Virus record (IMG/VR): IMGVR_UViG_3300045988_146093
DNA: 13,196 nucleotides
Reading direction: 5' to 3' (one strand)
Origin: a virus
Position 1 is the stretch's first letter, and every line of letters starts with the position of its first letter. Below are positions 13,167 through 13,196 of this stretch, piece by piece. The notes under the pieces are model-generated. The model saw nothing but the letters and a program-made list of their open reading frames with translations, was not told where the DNA came from and did not search any database. The translations under genes were made by a program, and so were the position numbers.

Positions 13167-13196
13167 ACTTGCTTGCTATCGAGGACGGGGTACTTT

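Larger units (their letters stand above)
12801..13196. repeat. Right inverted terminal repeat (ITR), 396 bp, genome terminus
   Basis: Exact reverse complement of 1-396. It ends at the last base of the window with ...GGGGTACTTT-3'. Confidence 0.97.

Noticed and set aside
1-13196. Terminal inverted repeats as the ends of a transposon or IS element
   Set aside because: There is no transposase or integrase. The content is a full virion and protein-primed replication gene set. The repeats begin with the phi29-type AAAGTA terminus exactly at the window edges. All of this fits linear genome termini.

Overview
The window appears to be a complete linear genome, 13,196 bp, of a very small AT-rich phage related to phi29. 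It is a protein-primed podovirus, apparently of a Gram-positive host. The window edges are a perfect 396-bp inverted terminal repeat (1-396 and 12801-13196) that begins 5'-AAAGTA, as phi29 does. Each repeat carries short iteron arrays, a near-consensus sigma-A promoter pointing inward, and a leader hairpin. Almost all genes lie on the + strand in tightly coupled modules: an HTH DNA-binding protein; a small zinc-finger-like protein; a lysis cassette (a 53-aa two-TM ORF missing from the supplied track, a TM plus coiled-coil protein, and a CHAP endolysin); a phi29 p5-like SSB; the portal/connector; a putative lower collar; a 95-aa protein; the major capsid protein; a tail knob split into two ORFs; a putative terminal protein; a protein-primed family-B DNA polymerase; and a gp16-like packaging ATPase. 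A bidirectional terminator at 12449-12487 separates these from one convergent 94-aa gene driven by the right-ITR promoter. The most unusual signal is an 18-bp perfect palindrome, AGTTGCAACGTTGCAACT, present in about 10 exact or near-exact copies. Six copies sit 15-22 nt upstream of the first start codon of a gene module, and three are embedded in coding sequence. I interpret this as a previously undescribed genome-wide regulatory network. It could be an operator set for the HTH protein, or an RNA-level set of intercistronic elements. All homology statements rest on by-eye motif recognition against remembered family sequences and need database confirmation.
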